Assembly: GCA_051546255.1 (NCBI GenBank)
Contig: CP128815.1
Coordinates: 1,116,001-1,180,000, forward strand
Reading direction: 5' to 3'
DNA from: Meyerozyma guilliermondii
Lineage: Eukaryota
Length of the DNA stretch: 64,000 nt
The notes beneath the pieces were generated by a model. That model saw only the letters and a list, made by a program, of their open reading frames with translations, ran no database searches and had not been told where the DNA came from. Positions 31,031-41,844 of the stretch are shown in pieces (position 1 is the stretch's first letter; every line of letters begins with the position of its first letter). The position numbers were made by a program, and so were the translations under genes.

Positions 31031-33673
31031 ATGTCAGAAGTACGATTCAATTGGAATGTTTTTCCTTCGACTCGGCTCCAGGAATCTCAGATAGTCACTC
31101 CGGTAGGGTGTTTGTATACACCAGTAATTGAAAAGTGCAAAAAAAATTTCGTTTCTGACCAGCCGATTCAATGTGAAACATGCACTGCAATCATAAATCC
31201 CCATATTCTCTTGGACAGAGCTAATAATATGTGGAAGTGTCCCTTCTGTGGAAAGATGTCGTACTTCTTCGAGTCGTTTAAGTTAGATGAGGATCGCAGA
31301 AACCTGCCAGGATTTCTTGACCTGGAAGTGGATACTGTAGAATATCACCTTCCGTCAGATATAGGAATGCCTTCTGAAGGACCATTGGTCTACTATTTTG
31401 TTGTTGATTCATACGAGTACAAGGATGGAGATAATGACAGTGACAAATCTTTCGAGAGATTAAAACTGGCAATCATTTCTTCGCTCGCTGCTATACCAGA
31501 TGGAGCTCATATTGGGTTGATCTCATTTGATAGCAAAGTTACTTTTCACAATCTAGAGTCAGAGCTAACTCTTGCTGTAACTGAAAGCTCTATATCTTCT
31601 CGTGAAGATGAGCTGGACCAAACAATAAAACCTACGGACTATTTTCGTCCCGACAAATTCAGTAAAGTATCAGAGCTTTTGAATTTGGACGTCCCACTTG
31701 ATAAAAGTCCGAAAAAAAACAACAGGAGGCCTTCTTCTGGTGCTGTGGAAGTGAACGAAACGACGAGAAACTCATTTGTGGAATATATCCGTTCTCTTCA
31801 ACCGACGTATACTAACAGCCATAAACCTCCAAGAAATTCAGGTTTGGCGTTATACGTTCTTACCGCCATTTTATCTCGTTTCGAGTTCAACAACATGGTT
31901 GGTACGACATTCTTCTTCTCCAGTGGGCCGTGTACGCTAAATCCCGGAATGGTAATGGATTGCACTAAACGTAATGAGCATATGCGATCTCATAATGATA
32001 TTGCCAAGTTGCAAGCTCCATATTTTGTCAGCGCTCTGAAATACTATCACACTTTGGCTTTGATGGCCTGTGGTCTCACACCTTCAGCTGCTAGCTCAAT
32101 CGCATACAATGTTTCATCCAAAGCCACTGCATACCCTGTTGCTCCCAATGCTCCTCGGTGGTCCTTTGAACTATTTTTTGGTTCGTTAGATCAGGCTGGA
32201 GTATACGAAATGAAACCTCTCGTAACTGAAACTAATGGGACTATACATTTGACCAGCTCATTTGCAAATAGAAACTTTGAAGATGCCCTCATGAAGTCTA
32301 TTGGAGCATCTACCAAGTACAAATGTGAGCTAACGGTGCTCACGTCAGGAAACTCAAAGGTGTCTAAGCTCGTGGGTAATGGTCATAGCTTGCCTTCATC
32401 TTATCAATCTGATAAATTAAATTGGGCTCACCATGAAAAGATAGCAGATACTATGGGAGAGTTTGACTCCGCAACGAAGAAACGAAATTTCACCAATCGC
32501 TGGAGTTTCAATGCACTAAAAGAATTAGACACCATGGCTCTATTTTTCGAGCCTACTACCGCTTCTTCGTCCACAATGTTGTCTGCGCAAGGAGTCACGG
32601 AAGTTTTTATTCAATTCCGTTTGAAATATTGGGACTTAAAGAGTTGGAAAATACGAGTTACCACTGTTAGAAAACCAACAACCCTTGCTAGTTTGATACC
32701 TCACCAAACAAAAACCAGCAAAGGATACCAACTTGTTAACTCCAAAAGCAAAATTGTCATGGAAAAGGAATGGAGAGACAGTTTCGACCCATACGCTTGG
32801 ACGGTTTTATTCACAAGACTTTTGCTTGATAAGATCGATAGTTCATTAGGGTTCGAAAACTTTGCAAATATTACCAATGACATTCATGGTTCTGTTGTCA
32901 AACTCTTATATTCTGTTGGGGGATTGCTTGCTAACGCTGGCGAGACGCTTGTCAATCCCTATCTTTCTTTGCAGACACAAGAACTTTTACACAAAAAGTT
33001 CAAAATGATTCCTCAGCTTATATTCTCGCTCAGCAGGAATCCTTGCCTTATTAATATCTTCAACTCCTCACCAGACGAAACGGCTTTCCACTACCTGGTA
33101 TTCATGAGGTCCAGTTGTATCCAGTCCAGCATCATGATCGACCCAGTTCTTTATTTCGAAACAAGCGATACCTTTGAGAAAGTGCCATTAAAAATAGAAA
33201 CCCTTACTCAAAATGGCAGCGGTTTCTACGTCTTAGATTGTGGATTTAATGTGATTATTTACAACCATATTGCCGACGACCATCATAAACTGTTAAAGTT
33301 ACATCTGTCGCAAAATGAAGATTTGGTATACAATAGGAGCAGCACAATAGCAGGCCCTCTACAGTTTTTGCAGACTGATGTCTTCAAGCAAGGACGCAGC
33401 TTTACTCCATCTATAATAGTGACACAAACAGATCATTCACAAGCACGGTTTTTCACAGCGAGATTAAGTCCTCGCTACAATAGAGAAATGGGTGCAACAT
33501 TTGAGCAAAAAAGAGGTTTCTGGGACGGTTTAAAGAGTTTCATTGGCAAATCAGAGACCACTAATACCTTTACGCAATACTACGATGTTTTGTCGGACGA
33601 TGTTAGCTTCGAAAAATATTGTAAAGATCTATTTAATGACGTGCAGAGCTATTCCCGCACTGCTTCTGTATAG
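31031..33673 (+). CDS. NEL1: Divergent Sec23-like Sar1 GAP (Nel1-like)
   Basis: VRFNWNVFP, zinc finger CETC...WKCPFC, vWA trunk, FNSSPDETAF, HSQARFF; too diverged to be Sec23 itself. Confidence 0.75.
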   Translation: MSEVRFNWNVFPSTRLQESQIVTPVGCLYTPVIEKCKKNFVSDQPIQCETCTAIINPHILLDRANNMWKCPFCGKMSYFFESFKLDEDRRNLPGFLDLEVDTVEYHLPSDIGMPSEGPLVYYFVVDSYEYKDGDNDSDKSFERLKLAIISSLAAIPDGAHIGLISFDSKVTFHNLESELTLAVTESSISSREDELDQTIKPTDYFRPDKFSKVSELLNLDVPLDKSPKKNNRRPSSGAVEVNETTRNSFVEYIRSLQPTYTNSHKPPRNSGLALYVLTAILSRFEFNNMVGTTFFFSSGPCTLNPGMVMDCTKRNEHMRSHNDIAKLQAPYFVSALKYYHTLALMACGLTPSAASSIAYNVSSKATAYPVAPNAPRWSFELFFGSLDQAGVYEMKPLVTETNGTIHLTSSFANRNFEDALMKSIGASTKYKCELTVLTSGNSKVSKLVGNGHSLPSSYQSDKLNWAHHEKIADTMGEFDSATKKRNFTNRWSFNALKELDTMALFFEPTTASSSTMLSAQGVTEVFIQFRLKYWDLKSWKIRVTTVRKPTTLASLIPHQTKTSKGYQLVNSKSKIVMEKEWRDSFDPYAWTVLFTRLLLDKIDSSLGFENFANITNDIHGSVVKLLYSVGGLLANAGETLVNPYLSLQTQELLHKKFKMIPQLIFSLSRNPCLINIFNSSPDETAFHYLVFMRSSCIQSSIMIDPVLYFETSDTFEKVPLKIETLTQNGSGFYVLDCGFNVIIYNHIADDHHKLLKLHLSQNEDLVYNRSSTIAGPLQFLQTDVFKQGRSFTPSIIVTQTDHSQARFFTARLSPRYNREMGATFEQKRGFWDGLKSFIGKSETTNTFTQYYDVLSDDVSFEKYCKDLFNDVQSYSRTASV

Positions 33674-33674
33674 T

Positions 33675-34589
33675 CTAATGAAGTGATTCCACAAACTTTG
33701 TGACGGTGGCCACAAGATCATCAACAGCTCCTGGATCTGATCCTGGTCCAACGTTGTGCGTAGCACCTTGAAGAACCTTACTCAAAGGGCTCCAATAGTA
33801 TGGGTTTGTCGATGCTTCCCAGAGTTTGACTAAGGCCTCTCTATCCACCGACTTTGGAACACATTCATCTTTAGCCCCATAAAGGACCAAAAGAGGTGTG
33901 TTTACAATGCCAAATGTTTTTCTATGGTCTTCATAGGTGAGGTCCGACGAAAAGTAGTCATCATCACCTCCAGGAGCAGCAAGAGAGTGGAAACGATATG
34001 CAGTCAATTGTGTATCGAAAAACGAAAATTTTGGTGGAAGCATTTCGTTTTGGCGTCCCTTTTCTAGGAAATCCCGCTTACACTCCTCAATTAGTTCTTG
34101 AGTTACCTGTGTTCCTTTAAACATTTCCATCGCTTCGCGGTCAGAAACTGGAGCTTGCAAAATGGCCCCGTCAAGAATTGAGTCTTCTGACACCTCTTCA
34201 TGGCTACATATCTTGGTCAAGTACTCCATTGTATCCTGACAGCCTGTCAGATGGCCCATAAGTACAATTTTTCGACGACTGCCTCCTGCTTCGGACCTCA
34301 AATATTGCACCAATTTTTTTAATTCTTTGACGTCTCGCTCGAGCGATCCCGATGTCCATCCATTATACGAAGATGATATTAATGTCTGGACCAAACACCA
34401 GTTTCCCAAGGTGCTATTTACAGTTTCTAGACCATTGGCCAACTGTTGCAAATATGGAACCGTTAAAAGGCCATCACTAAGACCACCTATAAATACAAGC
34501 ACGTTTGGTGCAGGAGGAGTTTTCTGGTCTGTGAACTCGAAAGCCACCAAGTCTGGCACGTACGAATGGAGAATTCCCTGTACAGCCAT
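33675..34589 (-). CDS. DUF1749 (UPF0613) alpha/beta hydrolase
   Basis: FIGGLSDGLLTVPY, MGH[CTG=S]TGCQD nucleophile elbow, ILQAPVSDRE, DDYFSSDL, GATH; ATG at 34589. Confidence 0.85.
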   Translation of the reverse strand: MAVQGILHSYVPDLVAFEFTDQKTPPAPNVLVFIGGLSDGLLTVPYLQQLANGLETVNSTLGNWCLVQTLISSSYNGWTSGSLERDVKELKKLVQYLRSEAGGSRRKIVLMGHLTGCQDTMEYLTKICSHEEVSEDSILDGAILQAPVSDREAMEMFKGTQVTQELIEECKRDFLEKGRQNEMLPPKFSFFDTQLTAYRFHSLAAPGGDDDYFSSDLTYEDHRKTFGIVNTPLLVLYGAKDECVPKSVDREALVKLWEASTNPYYWSPLSKVLQGATHNVGPGSDPGAVDDLVATVTKFVESLH

Positions 34590-35039
34590 TGTAATCAGGG
34601 AGATCGCAGCTCGTTTCCTATCGAGCGTGTTCCGGCACCGAACGCATTTTCCTGCACAATGCCTGTCCACAATTAGTATCAAGCGTTGCCGTTTTGAGAC
34701 TAGTTGCGAATGCGGCGACTATAACATTCCGATTCAAAGCAGATGAAACACCACTTTCGTTCGTAAAGGTGACATGACTGGTTACAAAAGAGTAAAAATA
34801 AGCGATTTGGAACTCGCAACAGTCTCATAAAGCCAATTCATAACATTGACCCCACCCCCCCATAGCCCCAATTCTGGACCCGCTCGGTGTGCTGCATTAT
34901 TCCTGCAGGTAGCTGATTCATGTTGAAATGGGCAAAGCGATACAGACTTCATTAGATTGCCATCAACTTCATCATTAATTCGCCAAACTTTGCTACAACG
35001 CAGCGACCCAATTATAGTTTATGATCTGCTGAATACCAC

Positions 35040-36236
35040 ATGTCTGAGTCGTATCTAACTTGGGATCCAGCCCAAGTGTCGCATTTCATCGATGGAGTCG
35101 AACCAGACTCTGGCAAGTTATTTTTAGATCACAACATCGATGGGTCTCTCCTTCCGTATCTTACCACAGACCATTTAAAAGAAGTTGGAATAACCAAGAT
35201 CGGGTCGAGATTAGCGATTAAACGGGCAATTTCTGAACTCATAGTCGAAACGGGTATCGACGGCACCACTTATCCAATTAACAATAATGCCATTGGAGCC
35301 GAATCTCTCACCTTATCAACCAAGATCATGCGTGACATGTTCAAACAACTCGCCATCTCGGTCAAACAAAGCCAACCGGCCCCTGCCCCTTCACCAATTA
35401 GTCCCACCCATCAACTCGATATGAAACGACTCAATGAAAACTTCAACAAACTCAAGGCAGACTTGGTTCCAGTAATAAAATATATGAAGGAAACAAAGCC
35501 ACTTCCAACACCAACCTTGGATCCTGGTCCTACAACCCTTTACCTGCCTACAAATTCGGTGCTGAGCGCCGCTACAACCTCGTCTCTGGAAGTTTCACCA
35601 GCAATGACAGCGTCTATTCCCCCAAGCGTTTCTCGAAGTAACAGCACCACCACGTCGATACCAATGCCTTCGACCCGAAACTCGTCGTTACCCAGTCCAA
35701 CAATGTCCAATAGGTTTTCTTCTGGCTCCATCTTATCACTTGGAACTGGAAAGATAGTACTGCAAACAGTGCCGGAATCTGGTCCAGGGTCTCGACTTTC
35801 CCAACCAGAAAAGACCAGTAGTCGACCTCGACTCATACAGACCAAATCAGCCAATTCCACCACCACAACCTCTACTTTAAATACTCTCAAGCCATCGCAA
35901 CCAAGTACTTCACAGCTAGGAACTACATCTAATGAACCCCTCAAACAGCTCCGAGCATCGTCTGATGATCTGTGCTACAAAGTCCTACAACATGCTATGA
36001 AGCGTCACCATATCCCTCGTGACGATTGGCTGAAATATGTTCTAGTTATTTGCTACGGTGACAAGGAACGAATTCTCAAATTGCAAGAGAAACCAGTGGT
36101 TGTGTTCAAAGAATTACAAGAATTGGGAAAACATCCAGCAATTATGCTACGTCAATTGGCCACCTCTGAAGATGACGATAACCAATTATACGAAGATTCC
36201 AGAATTGGTGATGATATACCAGGAGGCACCCTCTGA
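35040..36236 (+). CDS. STE50: MAPK pathway adaptor with SAM and Ras-association domains
   Basis: N-terminal SAM ([21 protein letters not shown]); C-terminal RA domain (EPLKQLRAS...[14 protein letters not shown]...KHPAIMLR). Confidence 0.9.
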   Translation: MSESYLTWDPAQVSHFIDGVEPDSGKLFLDHNIDGSLLPYLTTDHLKEVGITKIGSRLAIKRAISELIVETGIDGTTYPINNNAIGAESLTLSTKIMRDMFKQLAISVKQSQPAPAPSPISPTHQLDMKRLNENFNKLKADLVPVIKYMKETKPLPTPTLDPGPTTLYLPTNSVLSAATTSSLEVSPAMTASIPPSVSRSNSTTTSIPMPSTRNSSLPSPTMSNRFSSGSILSLGTGKIVLQTVPESGPGSRLSQPEKTSSRPRLIQTKSANSTTTTSTLNTLKPSQPSTSQLGTTSNEPLKQLRASSDDLCYKVLQHAMKRHHIPRDDWLKYVLVICYGDKERILKLQEKPVVVFKELQELGKHPAIMLRQLATSEDDDNQLYEDSRIGDDIPGGTL

Positions 36237-36254
36237 TAACGATTAAAGGTGTGT

Positions 36255-36277
36255 TCAGGGCTCAACCCTATCACGTG
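36255..36277 (+). promoter_or_regulatory. Tbf1-like inverted repeat plus Cbf1 site in the RPL12 promoter
   Basis: TCAGGG-CTCAA-CCCTAT overlapping TCACGTG (36271-36277) by one base. Confidence 0.6.
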
Positions 36278-36351
36278 CATTATGTGCAGGCTGATTTTCA
36301 ATTTCTCACCTGCGAAAAAAATTTCAAGCCAGATTCTCATTATTACCAAAT

Positions 36352-36849
36352 ATGCCACCAAAATTCGACCCATCTGAGGTGAAGTTCATCTACTTGAGAG
36401 CCGTAGGAGGTGAAGTAGGTGCTTCTTCTGCACTTGCTCCTAAGATCGGACCTTTGGGTTTGTCTCCTAAGAAGGTCGGTGAAGATATCGCCAAGGCCAC
36501 CAAGGATTTCAAGGGTATTAAGGTTACTGTGCAATTGAGAATCCAAAACAGACAAGCTACTGCTTCTGTTGTCCCATCTGCATCTTCTTTGGTGATCACC
36601 GCCTTGAAGGAGCCAGTTAGAGACAGAAAGAAGGAGAAGAACGTGAAGCACTCTGGTAACATTCCATTGGAACAAATCTTTGAAATTGCCAGACAGATGA
36701 AAGACAAGTCTTTCGGTAAGAACTTAGCTTCCGTTTCCAAGGAAATCTTGGGTACTGCTCAATCTGTTGGATGCCGTGTCGAAGGTAAGAACCCTCATGA
36801 CATTATCGACGCCATCAATGATGGTTCGATTGACGTTCCAGAGAACTAG
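36352..36849 (+). CDS. RPL12: 60S ribosomal protein uL11
   Basis: [11 protein letters not shown]...[21 protein letters not shown]; 165 aa; strong codon bias. Confidence 0.98.
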   Translation: MPPKFDPSEVKFIYLRAVGGEVGASSALAPKIGPLGLSPKKVGEDIAKATKDFKGIKVTVQLRIQNRQATASVVPSASSLVITALKEPVRDRKKEKNVKHSGNIPLEQIFEIARQMKDKSFGKNLASVSKEILGTAQSVGCRVEGKNPHDIIDAINDGSIDVPEN

Positions 36850-37272
36850 ATTATGTACAGATGAGTGTCTAATAGGGTTTTAATCAATATCATACATGGA
36901 GCACTTTGTAGGTGCATGTTTGCCAACACTCTGGTGCCAAATTTTTCTGTTTTTGGTTCCTATTTTGGTGCAAACTAGATTCACCACGGCGGTCTACTCA
37001 CCGTGATATCCTTTGTGGATATGATGGTCCATTTCATCCGCATACATTTGTAAATTTTGTAACCAGCTTTTGTAATGTATTCTCAAATCTCAACCCCACA
37101 ATTGGTGCACTGGCGGTGCGCTCTCTGTTGTTGATCTTCACAGGGGCGATTCATTCTTATATTTTAGACGAAGGTTTGGTGCCTCTAGCTTCAAGGACAC
37201 GTAAAACGTATTTAATACTGCTTGGGTTCCTACCTGGACCAAGAAACTCATCCTTTCTTAGCCACAAATCGC

Positions 37273-38413
37273 ATGTCTGACTCTATTGGTAAGTGTTCCT
37301 CGGCCCAGATCTGGTACCCACAAAATTGAATTTTAAACTAACCCAGATCGTGTCTTTGTGAAGGCCATAAGTACCATTCGAGCTCTTTCCTCCCGCTCCA
37401 ATTATGGTTCGCTTCCTCGCCCACCAGCAGACAGTAGAATAAAGCTTTATGGGTTGTACAAGCAAGCAACCGAGGGCAATGTTGATGGTGTTATGCCGAG
37501 GCCCGTTGGATTTACCCTTGAAGATGAAGGAGCAAAGAAGAAGTGGGACGCGTGGAAACGAGAAGAAGGTGTCTCCCGTACTGAAGCAAAGAGACGGTAC
37601 ATTTCCTACTTGATTGAGACCATGAGAATATATGCCAGTGGTACTTTGGAAGCAAGAGAACTTCTCAGCGAACTTGAATATCTCTGGGACCAAATTAAGG
37701 ACTTGCAGTATACTCCAGATAGCGACTCGCCTCCGATGCCGTTACCATTGCCTTCGCATTCTCCGCTGTTCTCCCACACCGATCGCTATTCAACCACCAC
37801 TCCATTACCGCCGCCTAGTAACTATTCTGGGAGCGGCACACAATACCGAAACAACCTTCAAAAGATATACTCCCATTCTCGACGCAATACCATGCTCTCG
37901 ATAAACGAGTACGTTCAACTGCAAAGGCTTCAGCAACTGCATGGCGGTACACATCTGGTGAAAAATGCCGGGCCAGGAGATTCAGTTTACTCTGCGCAAC
38001 AAGGGAATGCCGGTGCAGGTGCATCATCTTTAGACGAGTTCAAGTCATGGCAGGGAGAAGTGAACTTGATGATAAACAAGCTCTCGCGTGATATCGTCAA
38101 CTACAAACGTCATCGCAGCGAGCTGTCCGAAAGCAGTGATCAACTTCCGGAGGCACGCAAGCGAGCGTTAAAAACCTTGCGGGCAGTGGGCCTGGTACTT
38201 TTGCGTATTGCTAAGAACTTTTCTATCAGCTGCTTGACTTTGCTCTTCTTAGTGTGGTGCATCAAGCGTAATGTCATTGTGAAGCAGACGCTCATAAAAA
38301 AACCCAACAATAAGCACAAGGAGCTTGTCATAAATATGGTGTTGAACACCGATGAGAACAAGTGGTTTATTCGTCTTTTAAACTTGATCAACAGTTTTGT
38401 GGGGTTCGTCTAG
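37273..38413 (+). CDS. ATG37: Acyl-CoA-binding-domain membrane protein (Atg37/ACBD5-like), two exons
   Basis: Exon 1 37273-37288; intron 37289-37346 (GTAAGT...AACTAAC-CCAG); exon 2 from 37347. N-terminus MSDSIDRVFVKAI; ACB motifs LYGLYKQATEG and KWDAW; C-terminal hydrophobic segment. Gene symbol tentative. Confidence 0.78.
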
Positions 38414-38450
38414 TGTGGGTGTAGGGGTGTTGAACTCATCACCAAGGTTC

Positions 38451-38468
38451 GAAAATTTTGAGATGAGC
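38451..38468 (+). promoter_or_regulatory. RRPE plus PAC elements upstream of UTP4
   Basis: GAAAATTTT followed by GAGATGAGC. Confidence 0.65.
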
Positions 38469-38496
38469 ATCTGGTTACGTATATGATTTAGAAACA

Positions 38497-40605
38497 ATGG
38501 ACGTTCATCGATGTCGATTTGTGGATTATACTCCGCATACTGTAACAGCTACTGCATTTTCGCATGTGTCTGACCCAGAAAAAGTCAGCGATCCATCCCT
38601 TAGACTCGCCATAGGGAGGAGTAATGGAGATATAGAAATATGGAATCCGCGATACAATTGGGTGTTTGAAACCAAACTTGCCGGATCCCGTGGTAGATCC
38701 ATAGAGGGCATTGTTTGGGCAGGAGCTGAAGAGCCCCGTTTATTCTCTATTGGTGGTTCTACATACATCACAGAATGGGACCTTACTACTGGACTCCCGC
38801 GAATTAATTATGATTGCAATGCTGGCATAATATGGTCTATCGACGTCAGTGAGTGTGGGACCAAGCTTGCGGTGGGATGTGACGACGGGTCTGTGGTGAT
38901 AGTTGACGTATCTGGGGGACCAGGATCAATTGAACATGAACTCATCTGTCAGAGACAAGACCTGAGAGTGCTCACGGTAAAGTGGTACAAGTCATCAATG
39001 ATAGTTGGAGGTTGCGCCGATGCCCGAATCAGATGCTGGTCAGCCTCAAGCGAAACTCGAGGAAGAATTCTTTCAACAATGAGGGTAGATAAATCAAAGA
39101 CTGAAAGTACTTTGGTATGGTCCATCATTACATTGCCTCAGCGTGGACTCATTGTAAGTGGTGATTCTACAGGACTGGTCAAGTTTTGGGACGTTTCTTC
39201 CTTTTCGCTCGTGCAAACCTTCACCTCTCACGATGCAGATGTGTTGACTCTTTGTGCTGACTACAATGGTGAAAAGGTTTTCAGCGCTGGAGTTGATCGA
39301 AAAATTCACCAATTTTCATTACTCTCGTCAAACGGCAAGAGATCCTCTAAATGGATTCACAGCTTCAACAGACTCCTCCATTCAAACGATATCCGTACTC
39401 TTGCCATTCACGAGAGCCTTCACGGTTCTGGTCTTCTAGTAAGTGGAGGTGTCGAGCGATCGGTAGTCATTCAATCTGTTTCCCAGTTTCAAGATGGTCC
39501 ATATAAAAAAATCGTTATTAGCCAACAACTGCGTAACGTTTGCATTCACCCCAAAAATTTGATATTCATGTGGCAGGACCAGAGCGTCAAAGCATGGAGA
39601 ACCATTGATGGTTCTCACAAATTGGTTTCGAAAATTACCATGGCTGACGACTCTAATATTACTGATGTTTCCGTAAACGAGGAGGTTTCTTTAATGGCTG
39701 TGGCAACATCCACTGCAGTCAAGTTGTTCCGTTTAAAATCTGAAGGAATTAAATTGACCGTAACAAAAATTCGTGATTCTGACTTTGACTCGATCATTTC
39801 GGGTGCAAAATCGGTAGCACTCAAAAATACTGATCTTGTTGTCCTCACATGCGATAATGAGATCTACAGGTTCAATGTAGGTGAATCGGAAATCTCTCTC
39901 ATTGAAGAACTCGAAACAGAAAAAATCTCAAGAGTAAAGAGCATGACAGTTGGTAAAGACTTTGTGGTAATTGCTGGCTTTGATGGGATTATTGAAATGA
40001 TACCATTCAAGGGTAAAGCTTCGTTGATGACGAGAATAACCCCATATCCTCATCTTATCACCATCTCCAACAAGAACACCGTGCTCATACTCACGCAAGA
40101 TAACAAGCTTCTCGAATTTGAAGTCAATGGTTCAGAGTCTACTTTAAGTGCTTGGTCTAAACGTAACTCTGAATTCATGCCCAAGCCGTTTGTCAAATTG
40201 GAAGATAAACCAGAGGGAATGTTTGCCGAAAATGATTCAGATCGAGTATGGATATATGGATCCACTTGGCTTTGCTTCTTCGACCTTCTGCAAAATATTC
40301 CCGTTACAAAGTCCAACAACAATGTAGTTGCTGGAAAGAAAAGAGCTCGTGATGGTCTTGCTATTGAAGAGAATGGCGATACCATTGATAGCTTGAAGCA
40401 AAGTCAAGTCGATAGATTAAGACATGAAATAATGGTGGAGGGTGAAGAGATCGATGCCTCAGCCAGACCTTTCTGGCTCACCAGTAAATATCGTCCTATA
40501 CTTGCTGCAGATTCATTCGGGGCCGAGAGCATTGTCGTTGTTGAACGTCCTCTCTTCTCGTTACCTGGTAGTAAAGCATTTGATTTGCCCAAGTTGAAGG
40601 TTTAA
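38497..40605 (+). CDS. UTP4: U3 snoRNP-associated WD40 protein
   Basis: MDVHRCRFVDY, RLAIGRSNGDIEIWNP, RLFSIGGST, LLHSNDIR, VVVERP. Confidence 0.94.
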   Translation: MDVHRCRFVDYTPHTVTATAFSHVSDPEKVSDPSLRLAIGRSNGDIEIWNPRYNWVFETKLAGSRGRSIEGIVWAGAEEPRLFSIGGSTYITEWDLTTGLPRINYDCNAGIIWSIDVSECGTKLAVGCDDGSVVIVDVSGGPGSIEHELICQRQDLRVLTVKWYKSSMIVGGCADARIRCWSASSETRGRILSTMRVDKSKTESTLVWSIITLPQRGLIVSGDSTGLVKFWDVSSFSLVQTFTSHDADVLTLCADYNGEKVFSAGVDRKIHQFSLLSSNGKRSSKWIHSFNRLLHSNDIRTLAIHESLHGSGLLVSGGVERSVVIQSVSQFQDGPYKKIVISQQLRNVCIHPKNLIFMWQDQSVKAWRTIDGSHKLVSKITMADDSNITDVSVNEEVSLMAVATSTAVKLFRLKSEGIKLTVTKIRDSDFDSIISGAKSVALKNTDLVVLTCDNEIYRFNVGESEISLIEELETEKISRVKSMTVGKDFVVIAGFDGIIEMIPFKGKASLMTRITPYPHLITISNKNTVLILTQDNKLLEFEVNGSESTLSAWSKRNSEFMPKPFVKLEDKPEGMFAENDSDRVWIYGSTWLCFFDLLQNIPVTKSNNNVVAGKKRARDGLAIEENGDTIDSLKQSQVDRLRHEIMVEGEEIDASARPFWLTSKYRPILAADSFGAESIVVVERPLFSLPGSKAFDLPKLKV

Positions 40606-40641
40606 TGTATAATATATAGCATATAAAGAGCATACAAGAGT

Positions 40642-41844
40642 TTACTGGTTAATTTGAGGCACGACTCTAGCACCTTGAAAGAAAACCCTTGCTGCTGCAC
40701 CATATCCCATAAGACACTTTTGAGGTTGGTCACCATCTTTGTCTTCATCCTTCAATCCCCATCCCTTCCGTTCTCCGAATTCCCTCTTGTACTCCGAGTC
40801 ATACACTTCTCTATAAGTGTGATGAGGTTCAAAACTTTGAATGTACATCCCGTCTTTAGGATCTTTCAGGTACTTGTAAAACATAAGCAAGTGTCTTCTG
40901 ATCTCTTCTTCGATTCTCTGGGGAAGATCTCCAGGAGCATCGGGTCCAACATAAAGCATATAGTCGGCTAATCCTTCGATTAGAAGTTGAACAAAGTAAG
41001 ATGAATCTCTCCAGTAACGCTTGTCATCGCTGAAGTCTCTGTCGTAGAAAAATACGTTTCTGTTAATTCCAGCATCGGCCAATTCATCAGCTATCTTTTT
41101 GTAAGATTGGTCCTTTGTAATATGATACAAATGTGAAGCCACCGAGAGCGTGGTACCCAAATTATAGGTCCATTTTGTATCGTTGGGTTCTTTCAGGGTA
41201 TCTTGAACACCATCTTTGATCAACTTGTCGCCAGGATCTTGGAGCACTTTAATTTGCCAATCTAAACATTTTGCGGCAAAGTCAATGTAAACCTTGCTTT
41301 CATTAGGCACAAATTTTGACAATTGAAGGCACGCCTTGGCGACTTCGGCCGTAGTACATGCATTTAAATAAGCATTTGAAATATGCCATTTCACTCCACC
41401 TTTGGTTTGAGCATTGGGGTTATCGTTCCATCCTCCCATCAAAAACCTCACCAATTCTCTTCCCTGGTCCAAAAACCTTTTTTCGCCGGTGACTTCGTAT
41501 GCCGTTAACATAGCACTGGCAACTTGGGCATCATCATCATAGTAGATATCTTTATCATTTCCATTATTTTCTGCAGCAGAATAACCTTTCAAATGTGGGT
41601 TTCTATACTTCTGGAAGATATCGATAGCTGGTCCAACCAATGGCAAAAATTCCTTGTAAATTCTTGCACCATCAACTATCGACTGGGCTGCAACTGACAC
41701 TGCCCAGATAACAAACTTGTTGTCATTGTAGCATCCAGAGCACCTTTTACGGGCTATAAATGTACGTTCGTGTTTGTTGTAGTATTCTATCCATAATTGG
41801 CGCACAATTGTGTATCCTTCAAGGTTTGGGTTCGTCAAGGGCAT
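40642..41844 (-). CDS. Glycoside hydrolase family 76 (alpha-1,6-mannanase-like), no signal peptide
   Basis: YYDDD catalytic pair, GGVKW, NACT and WTYNLG motifs. Confidence 0.78.
   Translation of the reverse strand: MPLTNPNLEGYTIVRQLWIEYYNKHERTFIARKRCSGCYNDNKFVIWAVSVAAQSIVDGARIYKEFLPLVGPAIDIFQKYRNPHLKGYSAAENNGNDKDIYYDDDAQVASAMLTAYEVTGEKRFLDQGRELVRFLMGGWNDNPNAQTKGGVKWHISNAYLNACTTAEVAKACLQLSKFVPNESKVYIDFAAKCLDWQIKVLQDPGDKLIKDGVQDTLKEPNDTKWTYNLGTTLSVASHLYHITKDQSYKKIADELADAGINRNVFFYDRDFSDDKRYWRDSSYFVQLLIEGLADYMLYVGPDAPGDLPQRIEEEIRRHLLMFYKYLKDPKDGMYIQSFEPHHTYREVYDSEYKREFGERKGWGLKDEDKDGDQPQKCLMGYGAAARVFFQGARVVPQINQ

Noticed and set aside
31030..31035. GTATGT donor-like site overlapping the NEL1 ATG
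   Set aside because: No downstream branchpoint/acceptor, and Sec23-like homology starts immediately after the ATG.
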